A DNA stretch of 63,080 nt, from NCBI GenBank assembly GCA_964610465.1, contig CAZSWA010000008.1:1-63080 (forward strand), read 5' to 3'. This DNA is from an uncultured Gammaproteobacteria bacterium. GTDB lineage: Bacteria; Patescibacteriota; Microgenomatia; Levybacterales; UBA12049. The notes below the pieces were generated by a model that did no database searches, had not been told where the DNA came from, and saw nothing but the letters and a program-made list of their open reading frames with translations. Shown here piece after piece: positions 30,561 through 40,137 of the stretch. A program made the translations under genes and the position numbers. The number at the start of each line of letters is the position of its first letter. The first letter of the stretch is position 1.

Positions 30561-31196
30561 ATGGTAGCACATCTTTCCAGTCTTATTATTCAGCTGGTTC
30601 AATCATCAGGATATCTTGCAGTCTTCATACTCATGACTCTTGAGTCAGCACTTATTCCAATACCCTCTGAAATTACTATGCCATTTGCCGGGTTTCTTAT
30701 TCAACAGGGACATTTAAATTTTTTCTTTGTAGTACTTATTGGCGCATTTGGTAATCTGGTTGGGTCACTTATTGCGTATGCGTTAGGATTTTATCTTGAA
30801 GAACATATTATTATCTCAATTATTGAGAGGTATGGAAAATATCTTCTTATAAGAAAACATGAGTATGAACGGGCTATGCATTGGTTCCAAAAGTATGGCT
30901 TAAGTATAGTCTTTACGAGTAGATTACTACCAGCTGTGAGAACTTTTATTTCCCTTCCTGCAGGCCTTGCTGAAATGAACCTGGCGAAATTTTCTCTTTA
31001 TACCTTTACTGGTTCTGTACTTTGGTCCGCATTTTTAACTTATATCGGGTTTTACTTAGGCAAGAATTGGGAAAGCATTCATACCTACTTTAATAAAGCC
31101 CATTACATTATTGCTGGGATTCTGTTACTCCTCGCAATCTACTACGTTATGAAAAAACTCTATCTTCCCCACAAAAGAAATAAAGAGAATAAATAG
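30561..31196 (+). CDS. DedA/SNARE-associated family membrane protein
   Basis: GYLAVFILMTLESALIPIPSEITMPFAGF is the DedA signature. Four to five TM helices are predicted. Confidence 0.85.
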   Translation: MVAHLSSLIIQLVQSSGYLAVFILMTLESALIPIPSEITMPFAGFLIQQGHLNFFFVVLIGAFGNLVGSLIAYALGFYLEEHIIISIIERYGKYLLIRKHEYERAMHWFQKYGLSIVFTSRLLPAVRTFISLPAGLAEMNLAKFSLYTFTGSVLWSAFLTYIGFYLGKNWESIHTYFNKAHYIIAGILLLLAIYYVMKKLYLPHKRNKENK

Positions 31197-31209
31197 GCAT
31201 ACTTTTATT

Positions 31210-32115
31210 TTACGTTTTTTTAGATTTGAAGAAAAAATAGCCAATGGCAATAAAGGTAAGAATTGGTGATATCCACTCAGGAATAGCAAAGCCAAAACTC
31301 TTAAGTAGCATAACGCATCCTAAAAACAAGATAGAATACATTGCCCCATTTTTAAGATATTGGTATTTTTTAATATTCTCGATATTTCTTACTGTGAGTT
31401 GACGAAGTACTAAAGCACCTAGTCCATTTCCTAAAAAAATGAGCGGAACTGATAAAGTAAATGCAAAAGCACCCAATACTCCATCTATTGAGAAAGTGGC
31501 ATCAATTATCTCAAGATATAGTATTTTACTGATGTCAGTCTTTCCAATATCTGATAATTGTTTCTCTTTTACTGCTGCGTTCTGCCGAAAACCATGGGTG
31601 ATAAAAAAAGCGGTTGAACCAACAACTGCTGAGAATCCCATTAGAGGATTTTGCCGCATTGCGAACCACACTACTATCGCTAAAAAAACTGATGCTACTG
31701 CATAAAACCATACAGACTGGGAATAAAGAAATCGTTCTCCAATAAATCCATAATTTTTCGGTTCAAGAAAAAGCCAATGGAGAAAAAGAAAAATAAGAAA
31801 GGTTCCTGCACCAATAAACAAAATAGGGGCTGCAGTATGAATTGCAGTAGCTGCTTGAGAGTCATTACTAAATGTCGCAGTTAAAGACCCGAAGAATCCA
31901 GGTATAGGAGCGGCTAGCCAAACAATTATCCAAGGCAAAATTCCTCGTATGACAAAAACTGCAAAAAGTAATCCCCACAAAAGGAACCACTGTCTCGTTT
32001 TCTTTCCCATAGTTGAGAGTACTTCTGCATTAATAATGGCATTATCAATACTGCTTATAATTTCAAATACTGACAGTCCGGAGATAGTAAGAAAAACTAA
32101 TAAGAAACCTATCAC
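31210..32115 (-). CDS. DUF475 (TerC-related) integral membrane protein
   Basis: SSIDNAIINAEVL and EIIDATFSIDGVLGAFAFT repeat motifs are typical of DUF475. Confidence 0.75.
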   Translation of the reverse strand: MIGFLLVFLTISGLSVFEIISSIDNAIINAEVLSTMGKKTRQWFLLWGLLFAVFVIRGILPWIIVWLAAPIPGFFGSLTATFSNDSQAATAIHTAAPILFIGAGTFLIFLFLHWLFLEPKNYGFIGERFLYSQSVWFYAVASVFLAIVVWFAMRQNPLMGFSAVVGSTAFFITHGFRQNAAVKEKQLSDIGKTDISKILYLEIIDATFSIDGVLGAFAFTLSVPLIFLGNGLGALVLRQLTVRNIENIKKYQYLKNGAMYSILFLGCVMLLKSFGFAIPEWISPILTFIAIGYFFFKSKKT

Positions 32116-32136
32116 AGGTTCCAGTATACCACAGAG

Positions 32137-34860
32137 CTACTTCTGAGAGAATGTAATCCGTAGGAGTTTGTCTTGATTCAATATACTCTCCCAATTAACC
32201 TTACTGCCAAGTTTGACTAAATCAGACGGACCATCTGTGATAGTAAAATTCGAAGGATATGAGAAGGAAAATAGGTAGGAATCGTTTTCAGTACCAGGCT
32301 GTTTGAAGAGATGCAAATTGTAGACAAATGATGCTTGTGTCATATCAATTATGTTAGGCAATATGTAACTTATATCAACTTTTTTAGACGTACTTGCGGG
32401 AACAGTAAGCAAAAAGCCAAAGATGTTTTTATCATCTGTTTGTGTTGCTTCAACTTCAAGTTCCTTCGGCGGAATAAAATTCTTTCTGGTATATATCCTT
32501 TCATCAGTAATCGCTTGTGTAATCTGTTTGTCTTTATCATCAATACTTATTGACTGTAAACGGGCATTGCTTGGGAGTATAAATCGAAGATAATTTTTAT
32601 AATCTCCTCCATACCTGCTATCTTGCTTGCTGCTATTTTGATAGAGTATGGTGATAGTTGCTACGATACTCCCATCATCAGTCAACTTCTCCATATGCTC
32701 TATAGAACGCATAATATAATAATTTGCTTTATTTGTCCCCAGGTTTGCTTCATTAATTCCCAAAAAGTCTGAGACTGCATTTCCCTTTACCACATCATCT
32801 GTCCATAACGATGAGGATAGATTATTTACTGTAAAAAGGGTTTCTATGCTTTTATCGTTAAAATAAAACAACAAATGTTTCTCTTGTGCGAGTTCCCCGC
32901 TTTTTTTAATAAGCGGCAGATAAGGTAATCTTTTTTTATTCATAATCTGGCTAAGTAAACTGTTATAGAAACTACGTAGAAAATCTTTTTTTTGAGTTGA
33001 ACCAGGAAAGAAATCTTTTTCCGTATGAGTTTGAGTAAGAAGATAGAAATTATCGGCATTTACTGTTTCCTTATAATCCTCTACGGGTACCGGACCTAAT
33101 GCTTCAAGTATAGCTTTGACAAAATCTGTATCAATTGCAATAACGCCATCAACTTTTTGGCCTGTCTCAAGATGTAACATGTCCTCTGCTCTTAGAGCAT
33201 TGTCCGTAAAATTAATTCCATAATTACTATCTCTTAAAAAAAGGTGTGAAGCACCTAAGTATCGTTGTAAAAGAAATGGCGGATCAATATGAGCAATAAG
33301 TTTCCCGTCTGCATCATACACATCATTAATACTAAACTTATTCAAGCGTCCATTGAGAAGTTGGACAATGCCATAAGATCCAATAAACCCGCCACCAGGC
33401 CTCAACTCCATATTATTTTGAAATAAAATAAGATAGGTTCGTGTTCCATTAAATCCAAGAAGCATAGGCCAGGTATCAATCGTATTTTCAAAAAACTCAA
33501 TACTTGTTTCAAGACTATCAAGTTTGACAACCATTGATTTTGGTAATTTATCTTCAGCACGCATCCTCTGAAGCGTTATCATGGTATTTTTAAGCCTGCT
33601 TAAGGCATTCACAAAATCCACTTTCGGGTTTAAACTTCTACCTTGAAATATATTTTGCAAAATACCAATTGAATATAAGACATCAAGTTCAGTATAAGAG
33701 GCATCTTTCCCCATCTCTATATTGGTAAGAAATGCATCTTTTTGGTTTTTCCCTACAACATCGAACATTACCAATGTATTGGTCAGTCCTTGTGTTGTAG
33801 TAAACAGCTTTTGAGAAAATGATGCGTATTTTTGAGCAGACACAAGATTTCCTTGTGAAAGACTATTGAGTGATATTTTCAACGCTAAACCTGCAAGCGA
33901 ATAAGAAAGACCAGCGAACAACAAAGGAAAGAGAAAAATACCAATAAGACCAATTCCTGCTAGAAAATAGTGATTCTTCACTATTTCTCCTTTTATAGGG
34001 ATTTTGAGTGAGAGTTTTCTTCTTCTTGAGGCTCGGTGGACATAGGTTTTCGCAGAATGCTGAGGTATTGTCTTAAGAAAACTGAGTTTTTTTAATTTAT
34101 CCTCCAAAGAATATTCGCTAAAGAGATATTCACTTTCATTTGGAAAATAGTATTCTATCTCTTTTTCTTTCCGTGCGGTAAAGTGGAAAGAAAGACCGGG
34201 ATTTATCTTTTGCAAAATTCGTACTACGGATATTTCGGTTAATGGGTATCTTGGGAAAAGAAGAAAGGTCCTCACTGCGTTTTGCGAAGCAAATGCAGCA
34301 GTAATAATCCCTGAAACCACATCATCAAGTAACACTGGATAGAGTTTACGAAAACCGTTATTGGGCACATCGACTTGTCCATGCTCTTTCAAGCTTGCCA
34401 AAAGGCTACTTAATGGATTGTCCTTCGTTTCTTCTCCACCGAAGAGTTGCCCATATAATACAATTGCTAACTTGTGGTATGTGTGTGGCATTTTCTTAAA
34501 GAGATAAGGAGAACCATAACGAGCATCTGTGATAAAAACAATTTTTGCTTTATCTTGCTCTGCTTTTTTAATAAGAGATGGGAGTATCTCAAGTAACTCT
34601 TTTTCACCATTATAGACACAAAAGACATAGGAATAACCATGATCAGGAATAACGGGAATTTTTTTTCTATAGGGAATATGAATAATATTTTTTGTCTGCT
34701 CAGGAGGTTCCTGGGAAACAAATACTACAAGAAATTCTTCTCTTAATTTCTCTGAAAGTGCTTTTCCAAGTATTCCTTTCTTATCAATGAGTAACGCAGG
34801 CATATCCTGCCTTGCTTCTGTGGTCACAAGAAGAGGCTGATTCATAGTTATATGATACAC
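32137..34860 (-). CDS. DUF4012-domain envelope protein
   Basis: The 907-aa ORF has one central TM helix followed by LFQNNMELRPGGGFIGSYG, the hallmark motif of DUF4012. Confidence 0.75.
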   Translation of the reverse strand: MYHITMNQPLLVTTEARQDMPALLIDKKGILGKALSEKLREEFLVVFVSQEPPEQTKNIIHIPYRKKIPVIPDHGYSYVFCVYNGEKELLEILPSLIKKAEQDKAKIVFITDARYGSPYLFKKMPHTYHKLAIVLYGQLFGGEETKDNPLSSLLASLKEHGQVDVPNNGFRKLYPVLLDDVVSGIITAAFASQNAVRTFLLFPRYPLTEISVVRILQKINPGLSFHFTARKEKEIEYYFPNESEYLFSEYSLEDKLKKLSFLKTIPQHSAKTYVHRASRRRKLSLKIPIKGEIVKNHYFLAGIGLIGIFLFPLLFAGLSYSLAGLALKISLNSLSQGNLVSAQKYASFSQKLFTTTQGLTNTLVMFDVVGKNQKDAFLTNIEMGKDASYTELDVLYSIGILQNIFQGRSLNPKVDFVNALSRLKNTMITLQRMRAEDKLPKSMVVKLDSLETSIEFFENTIDTWPMLLGFNGTRTYLILFQNNMELRPGGGFIGSYGIVQLLNGRLNKFSINDVYDADGKLIAHIDPPFLLQRYLGASHLFLRDSNYGINFTDNALRAEDMLHLETGQKVDGVIAIDTDFVKAILEALGPVPVEDYKETVNADNFYLLTQTHTEKDFFPGSTQKKDFLRSFYNSLLSQIMNKKRLPYLPLIKKSGELAQEKHLLFYFNDKSIETLFTVNNLSSSLWTDDVVKGNAVSDFLGINEANLGTNKANYYIMRSIEHMEKLTDDGSIVATITILYQNSSKQDSRYGGDYKNYLRFILPSNARLQSISIDDKDKQITQAITDERIYTRKNFIPPKELEVEATQTDDKNIFGFLLTVPASTSKKVDISYILPNIIDMTQASFVYNLHLFKQPGTENDSYLFSFSYPSNFTITDGPSDLVKLGSKVNWESILNQDKLLRITFSQK

Positions 34861-35049
34861 CTAACTCTTTTGAAATGTAAGTCTATCTAGCTTTCTTTTT
34901 CGAAGACGGGATCGTATATTTTTTCAAGAATGTAGAAACAATTACATTGCAAAAACAAGCTGATTCGTAAATTTTTTTGATTTTGTGAAGCGAAATGCAT
35001 GGCTATATGAGGATGAAAAGGGCTATAGCGTTTTTTTCACAAGAAAAAA

Positions 35050-36423
35050 CTAATCTTTATATTTCACCCAAACTATACCGCTTACAAAAGTAAAGAGCAA
35101 TTGTCCTTGCTGAAGAGTAAACAGATAATGATCAAAGAATCCAAATGCAAGAAGACAGGTAAAAAGGACAATGAAAAAAAAAGGTATACTTTGCCTAACT
35201 TTCTTCTCATTTTGGTATCGGATAATAAGATGGATATACGTATGAATGATAAAATACACGAGAAAGAAAAACCCTAGCATACCTACTTCTGCAATAGTTA
35301 ACAGAAAAATATTGTGTACTGGTTGAAGATAAAATACACTTGCATATGGCGGCTTCACCTTTGCAAGAAAAGGGAGAAAATTGTTAAGTCCTACTCCTAA
35401 AAAAGGGTTGTGCATAATTATGGTAAAGGAAGACACTATCAGCTCTTTTCGCACCACAAACGATTCTTCACTCAAGGAACTTTCTAAAAAACGATACCGC
35501 AATGGACTGAGGAGAAAAATCCCAATGAGTATGAATACAAATAAAAAAGCCATAAGCGCGTCTCTCCCCTTCTTTTTTCCTTCTAAATACTTTTTGAGCA
35601 AGAGAAAACCTGAAGCCGCTATAAAAAGAACTATTGCCTCCCTACTCAAAGTCAAAAAAAGAGCTATACTCCCTAGCAACACTACTCCTCCTAAGAAAAA
35701 GGTTCGGGATAGGCTTTTTGTGTTGATGAACGTAAAGAAAATAAAGAGAAGAGAAAGAGTTAAATATCCTGCCAATACATTGGGATGTGAGAAAGTTCCA
35801 TAAACCCTAAGAATTTTTTGTCCATTAATTGCAGCTGTTGCGATACCAGGAGTATCTATTGAAAATGTTCGCTCTCCTAAAAAATAAAACACTCCCCCAA
35901 GTGAGCCTTGTATAAGATACTGCCCTATTGCAATAAGAGATTCAGTTATTACAGAGACGGAGAGAATAAAGATACCTTGCTCATAGTTCTGTTTTGTAAC
36001 AAAAAATTGGCTGACATAAAAACCTAAAAAAGAAAACTCGATGAGTTTTAAAAACCCGTACATTCCCAAAAAAAAGACATGAGAGTTCCCTATGGATAGT
36101 AACACCTCAACTAAAAACAGGAAAAACAAAATTGCTCCAGGAGTTTTGAGTTTTTTTAGAGACAGCTCTTGTCTGTTGTTCCCTATCCACAAAAGAAAAA
36201 CCAGCACGAGCAATATATCAGTGAAATAAAGAGTTGGTGAAAGATAATCTACTCTAATTCCAAAAACTAATGAAAAATCAGGCCAAAAATGTTTACCAAA
36301 TTGTGTCGGGAGAAACAGAAGTAAAAGAAAAAAAAGAAGTTGCTCAATTTTATGAGCGTTTTTTAATGATAAGAACCCGGTCTTTACCCTCTCCTGCAGA
36401 TTCTGAAGTAACTTCTGAGTCAT
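35050..36423 (-). CDS. O-antigen-ligase-like (Wzy_C-type) polytopic membrane protein
   Basis: The 457-aa ORF has about 11 TM helices with a large loop in the O-antigen-ligase arrangement. The annotated start overlaps the jag 3' end by 74 nt, so the start is uncertain. Confidence 0.7.
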   Translation of the reverse strand: MTQKLLQNLQERVKTGFLSLKNAHKIEQLLFFLLLLFLPTQFGKHFWPDFSLVFGIRVDYLSPTLYFTDILLVLVFLLWIGNNRQELSLKKLKTPGAILFFLFLVEVLLSIGNSHVFFLGMYGFLKLIEFSFLGFYVSQFFVTKQNYEQGIFILSVSVITESLIAIGQYLIQGSLGGVFYFLGERTFSIDTPGIATAAINGQKILRVYGTFSHPNVLAGYLTLSLLFIFFTFINTKSLSRTFFLGGVVLLGSIALFLTLSREAIVLFIAASGFLLLKKYLEGKKKGRDALMAFLFVFILIGIFLLSPLRYRFLESSLSEESFVVRKELIVSSFTIIMHNPFLGVGLNNFLPFLAKVKPPYASVFYLQPVHNIFLLTIAEVGMLGFFFLVYFIIHTYIHLIIRYQNEKKVRQSIPFFFIVLFTCLLAFGFFDHYLFTLQQGQLLFTFVSGIVWVKYKD

Positions 36424-36826
36424 TTTGTAAGAACATGTGAATAATTCGCCTCTCCCATGATTTAAGAGATGAGAGAACCTGTTCTTTATCTTCTGATAAT
36501 ACTCTTTCTTTTACCTGCATTGCAAGCTTTTCTAGATACTCAGTTCTATTCTTCTTGTATCCATCAACCTCTATTGAAACTCTCACAAAACTCCCCACGT
36601 TCTTAGTGAGCATAAGAGAAAGGATTAACTGAAGAGATTCCAATGCTTCTCCATGATAGCCAATAATAATACCAGTATCTTTGGTTTCCATCGCTACTTC
36701 AAGCGTTTCATCTGTTTGTGAAAGATTGAATGAACCATCAACTTCAAGAAGTGTAAAAAGCTTCTCAATAATTTTTTCTGCTTCTTTTAATTCTTTGGCT
36801 GTAAGTTTTTTATTTGTGTTTTCCAT
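36350..36826 (-). CDS. jag: Jag/KhpB-type KH + R3H RNA-binding protein
   Basis: The R3H motif is ERRIIHMFLQNDSEVTSESAGEGKDRVLII. It lies downstream of yidC, the conserved synteny. MENTNKK at 36826 is the likely start (ORF open to 36883). Confidence 0.85.
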   Translation of the reverse strand: MENTNKKLTAKELKEAEKIIEKLFTLLEVDGSFNLSQTDETLEVAMETKDTGIIIGYHGEALESLQLILSLMLTKNVGSFVRVSIEVDGYKKNRTEYLEKLAMQVKERVLSEDKEQVLSSLKSWERRIIHMFLQNDSEVTSESAGEGKDRVLIIKKRS

Positions 36827-37649
36827 ACACTCTTTCCTGCAAGGACTTCTGGGCTGGTTTCTTAAACCATTCCGCAAGACCACCTAATCCTTGAATTCTA
36901 TACTGCTGTATGATACCAAAAATCGTAAAAGTATTCCAGTATAAAGAAAGGCCAATCGGGAAACGGTAAGCTAAGAACCCAATCATAAGAGGAAATATGT
37001 AAAGAGACTGTGTTTGAAACGCAGTTGCGAAATCATCTTCTGTTTTTTTGTTCTCTGTTTTGGCTGGACGTGCAGATGCAGGAAACATCATTTTCGATTG
37101 AAGTAGTTGCAGCACAGCAGTAATAACGGGGATAAGCAGAATGAGGATGCCAAGTTTTGGCAAAAGCTGAGATGGACCTTGCCCTAACGGAAGACCCAAA
37201 AAATGGGTATCCCAAAGAGTTTTCAATTGAAAGGACTTAATATAAAGAAGGGTATTAATATCATTAATGGATTTTAATGCAACTATTTTTTGTAATACTG
37301 CGTACAAAGCCCAGATTATTGGTAGTTGAATAATCATAGGAAGACAGCCGGCAGCAGGATTGATTCCATATTCTTTGTACAGCGCCATTGTTTCCTGCTG
37401 TAAACGCTGCATATCTCCTTTGTGTTTCTCGCGAAGTTTACTCAGATGCGGATTTATCTCTTGCATTTTTTTAGAAGCCTTAAGCTGTGCTGCAGTAAAA
37501 GGATAGAGAATTAAACGGATGATTACGGTAAGAAGAATAATTGAGAAAGCGACTGCGTAGGGAATATGCAAAAGGGTCAATGTGTAATAAAGAAATACCA
37601 GGATATTAACCATTGGTTGAATAAGAAGAAGTTGAAAAAGATTTCCCAT
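36810..37649 (-). CDS. yidC: membrane protein insertase YidC (short form)
   Basis: YKEYGINPAAGCLPMIIQLPIIWALY and GLSLYW motifs are present. It lies in the rnpA-yidD-yidC context. Confidence 0.9.
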   Translation of the reverse strand: MGNLFQLLLIQPMVNILVFLYYTLTLLHIPYAVAFSIILLTVIIRLILYPFTAAQLKASKKMQEINPHLSKLREKHKGDMQRLQQETMALYKEYGINPAAGCLPMIIQLPIIWALYAVLQKIVALKSINDINTLLYIKSFQLKTLWDTHFLGLPLGQGPSQLLPKLGILILLIPVITAVLQLLQSKMMFPASARPAKTENKKTEDDFATAFQTQSLYIFPLMIGFLAYRFPIGLSLYWNTFTIFGIIQQYRIQGLGGLAEWFKKPAQKSLQERVYGKHK

Positions 37650-37652
37650 AAC

Positions 37653-37877
37653 TTATAATTTATAACTAATAACTCTACTGTACGGATGACAATGAAGAAT
37701 TTGTTTCATTCCCATGCCAAGACCTTTCATTACTCCATATGTTTGAACAGCCTGCTTTGTATATTCAGAGCAAGTGGGAGAAAATTTGCAAACGTTTTGA
37801 GTACCAATAATTTGCTTAAGAATAATCGCCAGGTACTCTTTATAGAACGTAATTGCCAAAAGTACTATCGTTTTCAT
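37653..37877 (-). CDS. yidD: membrane protein insertion efficiency factor YidD
   Basis: CKFSPTCSEYTKQAVQTYGVMKG...HCHPY, 74 aa. Confidence 0.9.
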   Translation of the reverse strand: MKTIVLLAITFYKEYLAIILKQIIGTQNVCKFSPTCSEYTKQAVQTYGVMKGLGMGMKQILHCHPYSRVISYKL

Positions 37878-38203
37878 TGCATTAATCCTTTTTCTTTGAA
37901 TAAGGTCTCTATTGTACTACAAAGTTTCGTGTGTTGCTCGCCAACAATACTCTTTCTAAGTAAAAACAGCATATCATATCCTGAGCCTATTTGCTCGCGC
38001 ATTTGTTCAATACAGGAACGAAGTACTCTTTTTGCTCTATTTCTCACTGTTGCTCTTGTATCAATTTTTCGACTAACCACAAAGCCAAACCGACTATATG
38101 GTAATGTATTGGAGCTCACTTTGAGAATAAAGTAGGGGGTGGTAAAAGATGTTGGACGGACCAAATGAATTTGTGCTGGTAAGCGGTATTTTTTCTCCAA
38201 CAT
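37874..38203 (-). CDS. rnpA: ribonuclease P protein component
   Basis: The 109-aa basic protein contains FGFVVSRKIDTRATVRNRAKRVLR. It lies between rpmH and yidD. Confidence 0.9.
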   Translation of the reverse strand: MLEKKYRLPAQIHLVRPTSFTTPYFILKVSSNTLPYSRFGFVVSRKIDTRATVRNRAKRVLRSCIEQMREQIGSGYDMLFLLRKSIVGEQHTKLCSTIETLFKEKGLMQ

Positions 38204-38214
38204 GGTAGGGGAAA

Positions 38215-38349
38215 CTAAACGGTAAGTCTTGCTCGCGCTTTATCTCTTCGACTTTTGAGAACCTTCTGCCCGTCATGAGACTTCATGCGTGTCAGAAACC
38301 CGTGTTTTCTTTTTCTGCGTATTTTCTTAAGCTTTATGGACTTTTCCAT
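38215..38349 (-). CDS. rpmH: 50S ribosomal protein L34
   Basis: My own translation, as the ORF is below the track's length cut-off: MEKSIKLKKIRRKRKHGFLTRMKSHDGQKVLKSRRDKARARLTV. KRKHGF and the C-terminal LTV are the L34 signature. Confidence 0.9.
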   Translation of the reverse strand: MEKSIKLKKIRRKRKHGFLTRMKSHDGQKVLKSRRDKARARLTV

Positions 38350-38407
38350 ACTCTGTAGTATAGCAAAAATCATTCCAATTGAAAAGCGCCACGTAACCGA
38401 CCTACTT

Positions 38408-38416
38408 TTATCTACA
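38408..38416 (+). promoter_or_regulatory. DnaA box, one mismatch (TTATCtACA)
   Basis: Read directly in the rpmH-dnaA spacer. Confidence 0.5.
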
Positions 38417-38425
38417 AATATCCTC

Positions 38426-38454
38426 TTGACTTAAGTTATCCACATTATTACACT
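38426..38454 (+). promoter_or_regulatory. candidate dnaA promoter (TTGACT - 17 nt - TACACT)
   Basis: A -35-like TTGACT (38426..38431) and a -10-like TACACT (38449..38454) have 17-nt spacing. The spacer contains the perfect DnaA box. Confidence 0.4.
38436..38444 (+). promoter_or_regulatory. consensus DnaA box TTATCCACA
   Basis: A perfect 9-mer in the rpmH-dnaA spacer. It sits inside the putative dnaA promoter spacer. Confidence 0.7.
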
Positions 38455-38527
38455 GCATGCTACAGAGAATAATTCCTTATACTTTCAAGGTAAAATAATC
38501 AGGTAATAATTCGTCTCCACATATAGT

Positions 38528-39880
38528 ATGAACAAAACAGCGACCGGTATTTGGGACATAGTATTGCAAGAAATTGAAAAAAATGTTTCACAGGGAAATT
38601 TTGTTACGCTTTTTAAAAACACAGCCTTATTATCTCTTGCTGATGATATCGCAACCATTGCAGCGCCATCTCCAATGATTATTGACTTGTTGCAGAGACG
38701 TTTTTCGGGTGAGATAAAAAAACTTTTAGATATGCAAACTGGTCGGGATAATTCATTGGTCTTTATCCCAAAAGGGGTTCCAACTCAGGAGCATAAAGAA
38801 ACAAAAAACGGTCCGCTTTTTAGTGAAGAAACCAAGCCCATACAAAAAGTTTCTGTGGGACATCCACCACGGGTGAGAGCTGATTATACTTTTCAAAATT
38901 TTGCTGTTTCTCCAAGTAATCAATTAGCTTTTGTCTCTGCAAGTACAGTTGCTGCAAGTATTGGACAAGCTTACAATCCTTTTTTTATCTATGGACCTGT
39001 CGGCGTTGGGAAAACCCACCTTATGCATGCAATCGCCAATGAAGCGTATCCCAAAAAGCCTGATAAAAAAATTATTTACATCACTAGTGAGGAATTTACT
39101 AATGAAGTAATAGAAGCAATACGTACCAATGATACGGCAAAGATGAAGAAACGCTTTCGCTCGGCATATCTTTTGCTTATTGATGATATCCAATTTATAG
39201 AAGGAAAGGAGCGAGTACAAGAAGAATTGTTTCATACGTTTAATATTTTAATTGATAATGGCTCACAAATCGTTTTAACATCAGATAGGCCCCCACAGGA
39301 GATTAAGCGGCTTGAAAAAAGGCTTTCCTCACGCTTTGCCGGAGGATTGACGGTTGACATTGAACCGCCGGATTTCGAATTAAAAACTGCGATTCTTCGT
39401 ATCAAAGCGGAAAAGTACGGATTTGATCTTCCAATTGAGATAGCTAAACTTATTGCAGACTCTGCAGTTGATACACGAAGTCTTGAAGGATTGCTATTAA
39501 GAATAATAACGCAGGCAACAACGACAGGGAAAGAACTAACTCCTGATCTCGCCCAGAAAGCATTGGGAGGAGTAATAGAGGAGAAACGGGCAGGTCTTCA
39601 TGCAGAAGATGTCATAGAAACCGTATGTGAGTTTTATAGGGTAAAACCCACGCAACTCAAAGGCCCCAAAAGAGATGCATCTCTTGTTCGTGCACGGCAA
39701 GTAACAATGTATCTTTTAAAACATGAACTTGGGTTAACCTATGCGGAAATTGGAAATTTGTTGGGTGGGAGGGATCATACTACTATTATGTACGGAGTGG
39801 AAAAGATGGAAGCTTTGGTGAATAACAAAGCACAGATATCAGAGGATATTCTGGGGATAAGTAGAACTCTTCATGGGTAA
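38528..39880 (+). CDS. dnaA: chromosomal replication initiator DnaA
   Basis: Walker A is GPVGVGKTHL and Walker B is LLIDDIQF. The domain IV motif RDHTTIMYGVEKM is present. Confidence 0.95.
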   Translation: MNKTATGIWDIVLQEIEKNVSQGNFVTLFKNTALLSLADDIATIAAPSPMIIDLLQRRFSGEIKKLLDMQTGRDNSLVFIPKGVPTQEHKETKNGPLFSEETKPIQKVSVGHPPRVRADYTFQNFAVSPSNQLAFVSASTVAASIGQAYNPFFIYGPVGVGKTHLMHAIANEAYPKKPDKKIIYITSEEFTNEVIEAIRTNDTAKMKKRFRSAYLLLIDDIQFIEGKERVQEELFHTFNILIDNGSQIVLTSDRPPQEIKRLEKRLSSRFAGGLTVDIEPPDFELKTAILRIKAEKYGFDLPIEIAKLIADSAVDTRSLEGLLLRIITQATTTGKELTPDLAQKALGGVIEEKRAGLHAEDVIETVCEFYRVKPTQLKGPKRDASLVRARQVTMYLLKHELGLTYAEIGNLLGGRDHTTIMYGVEKMEALVNNKAQISEDILGISRTLHG

Positions 39881-40137
39881 AAAAAATGGATAACTCCTTC
39901 TTTTAAGTTATAAACAACTTATACCCAAAGATATCAACAGGTTATCCACATTTTTGTGGGCTCATTAGGAAATAGAGCTCGCTTACTATTATGATATAGA
40001 TGCTCCTAGCAGAACCAAAAAATAGGTTATGGCGCAAGCCCAAACAAAAACTGACTGTTTTATTATGAGCTGGAAAACTATTGCTTTTTTCCACATTTCC
40101 ATATACACTACTACAACTACAAATAGATATATATACT
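39881..40137. other. candidate oriC segment (dnaA-dnaN spacer with DnaA boxes and AT-rich tracts)
   Basis: A perfect TTATCCACA lies at 39942..39950 and TTtTCCACA at 40087..40095. A partial reverse box aaTGGATAA lies at 39885..39893. AT-rich runs (tattatgatatagatg; aaatagatatatatacta) are present. Confidence 0.55.
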
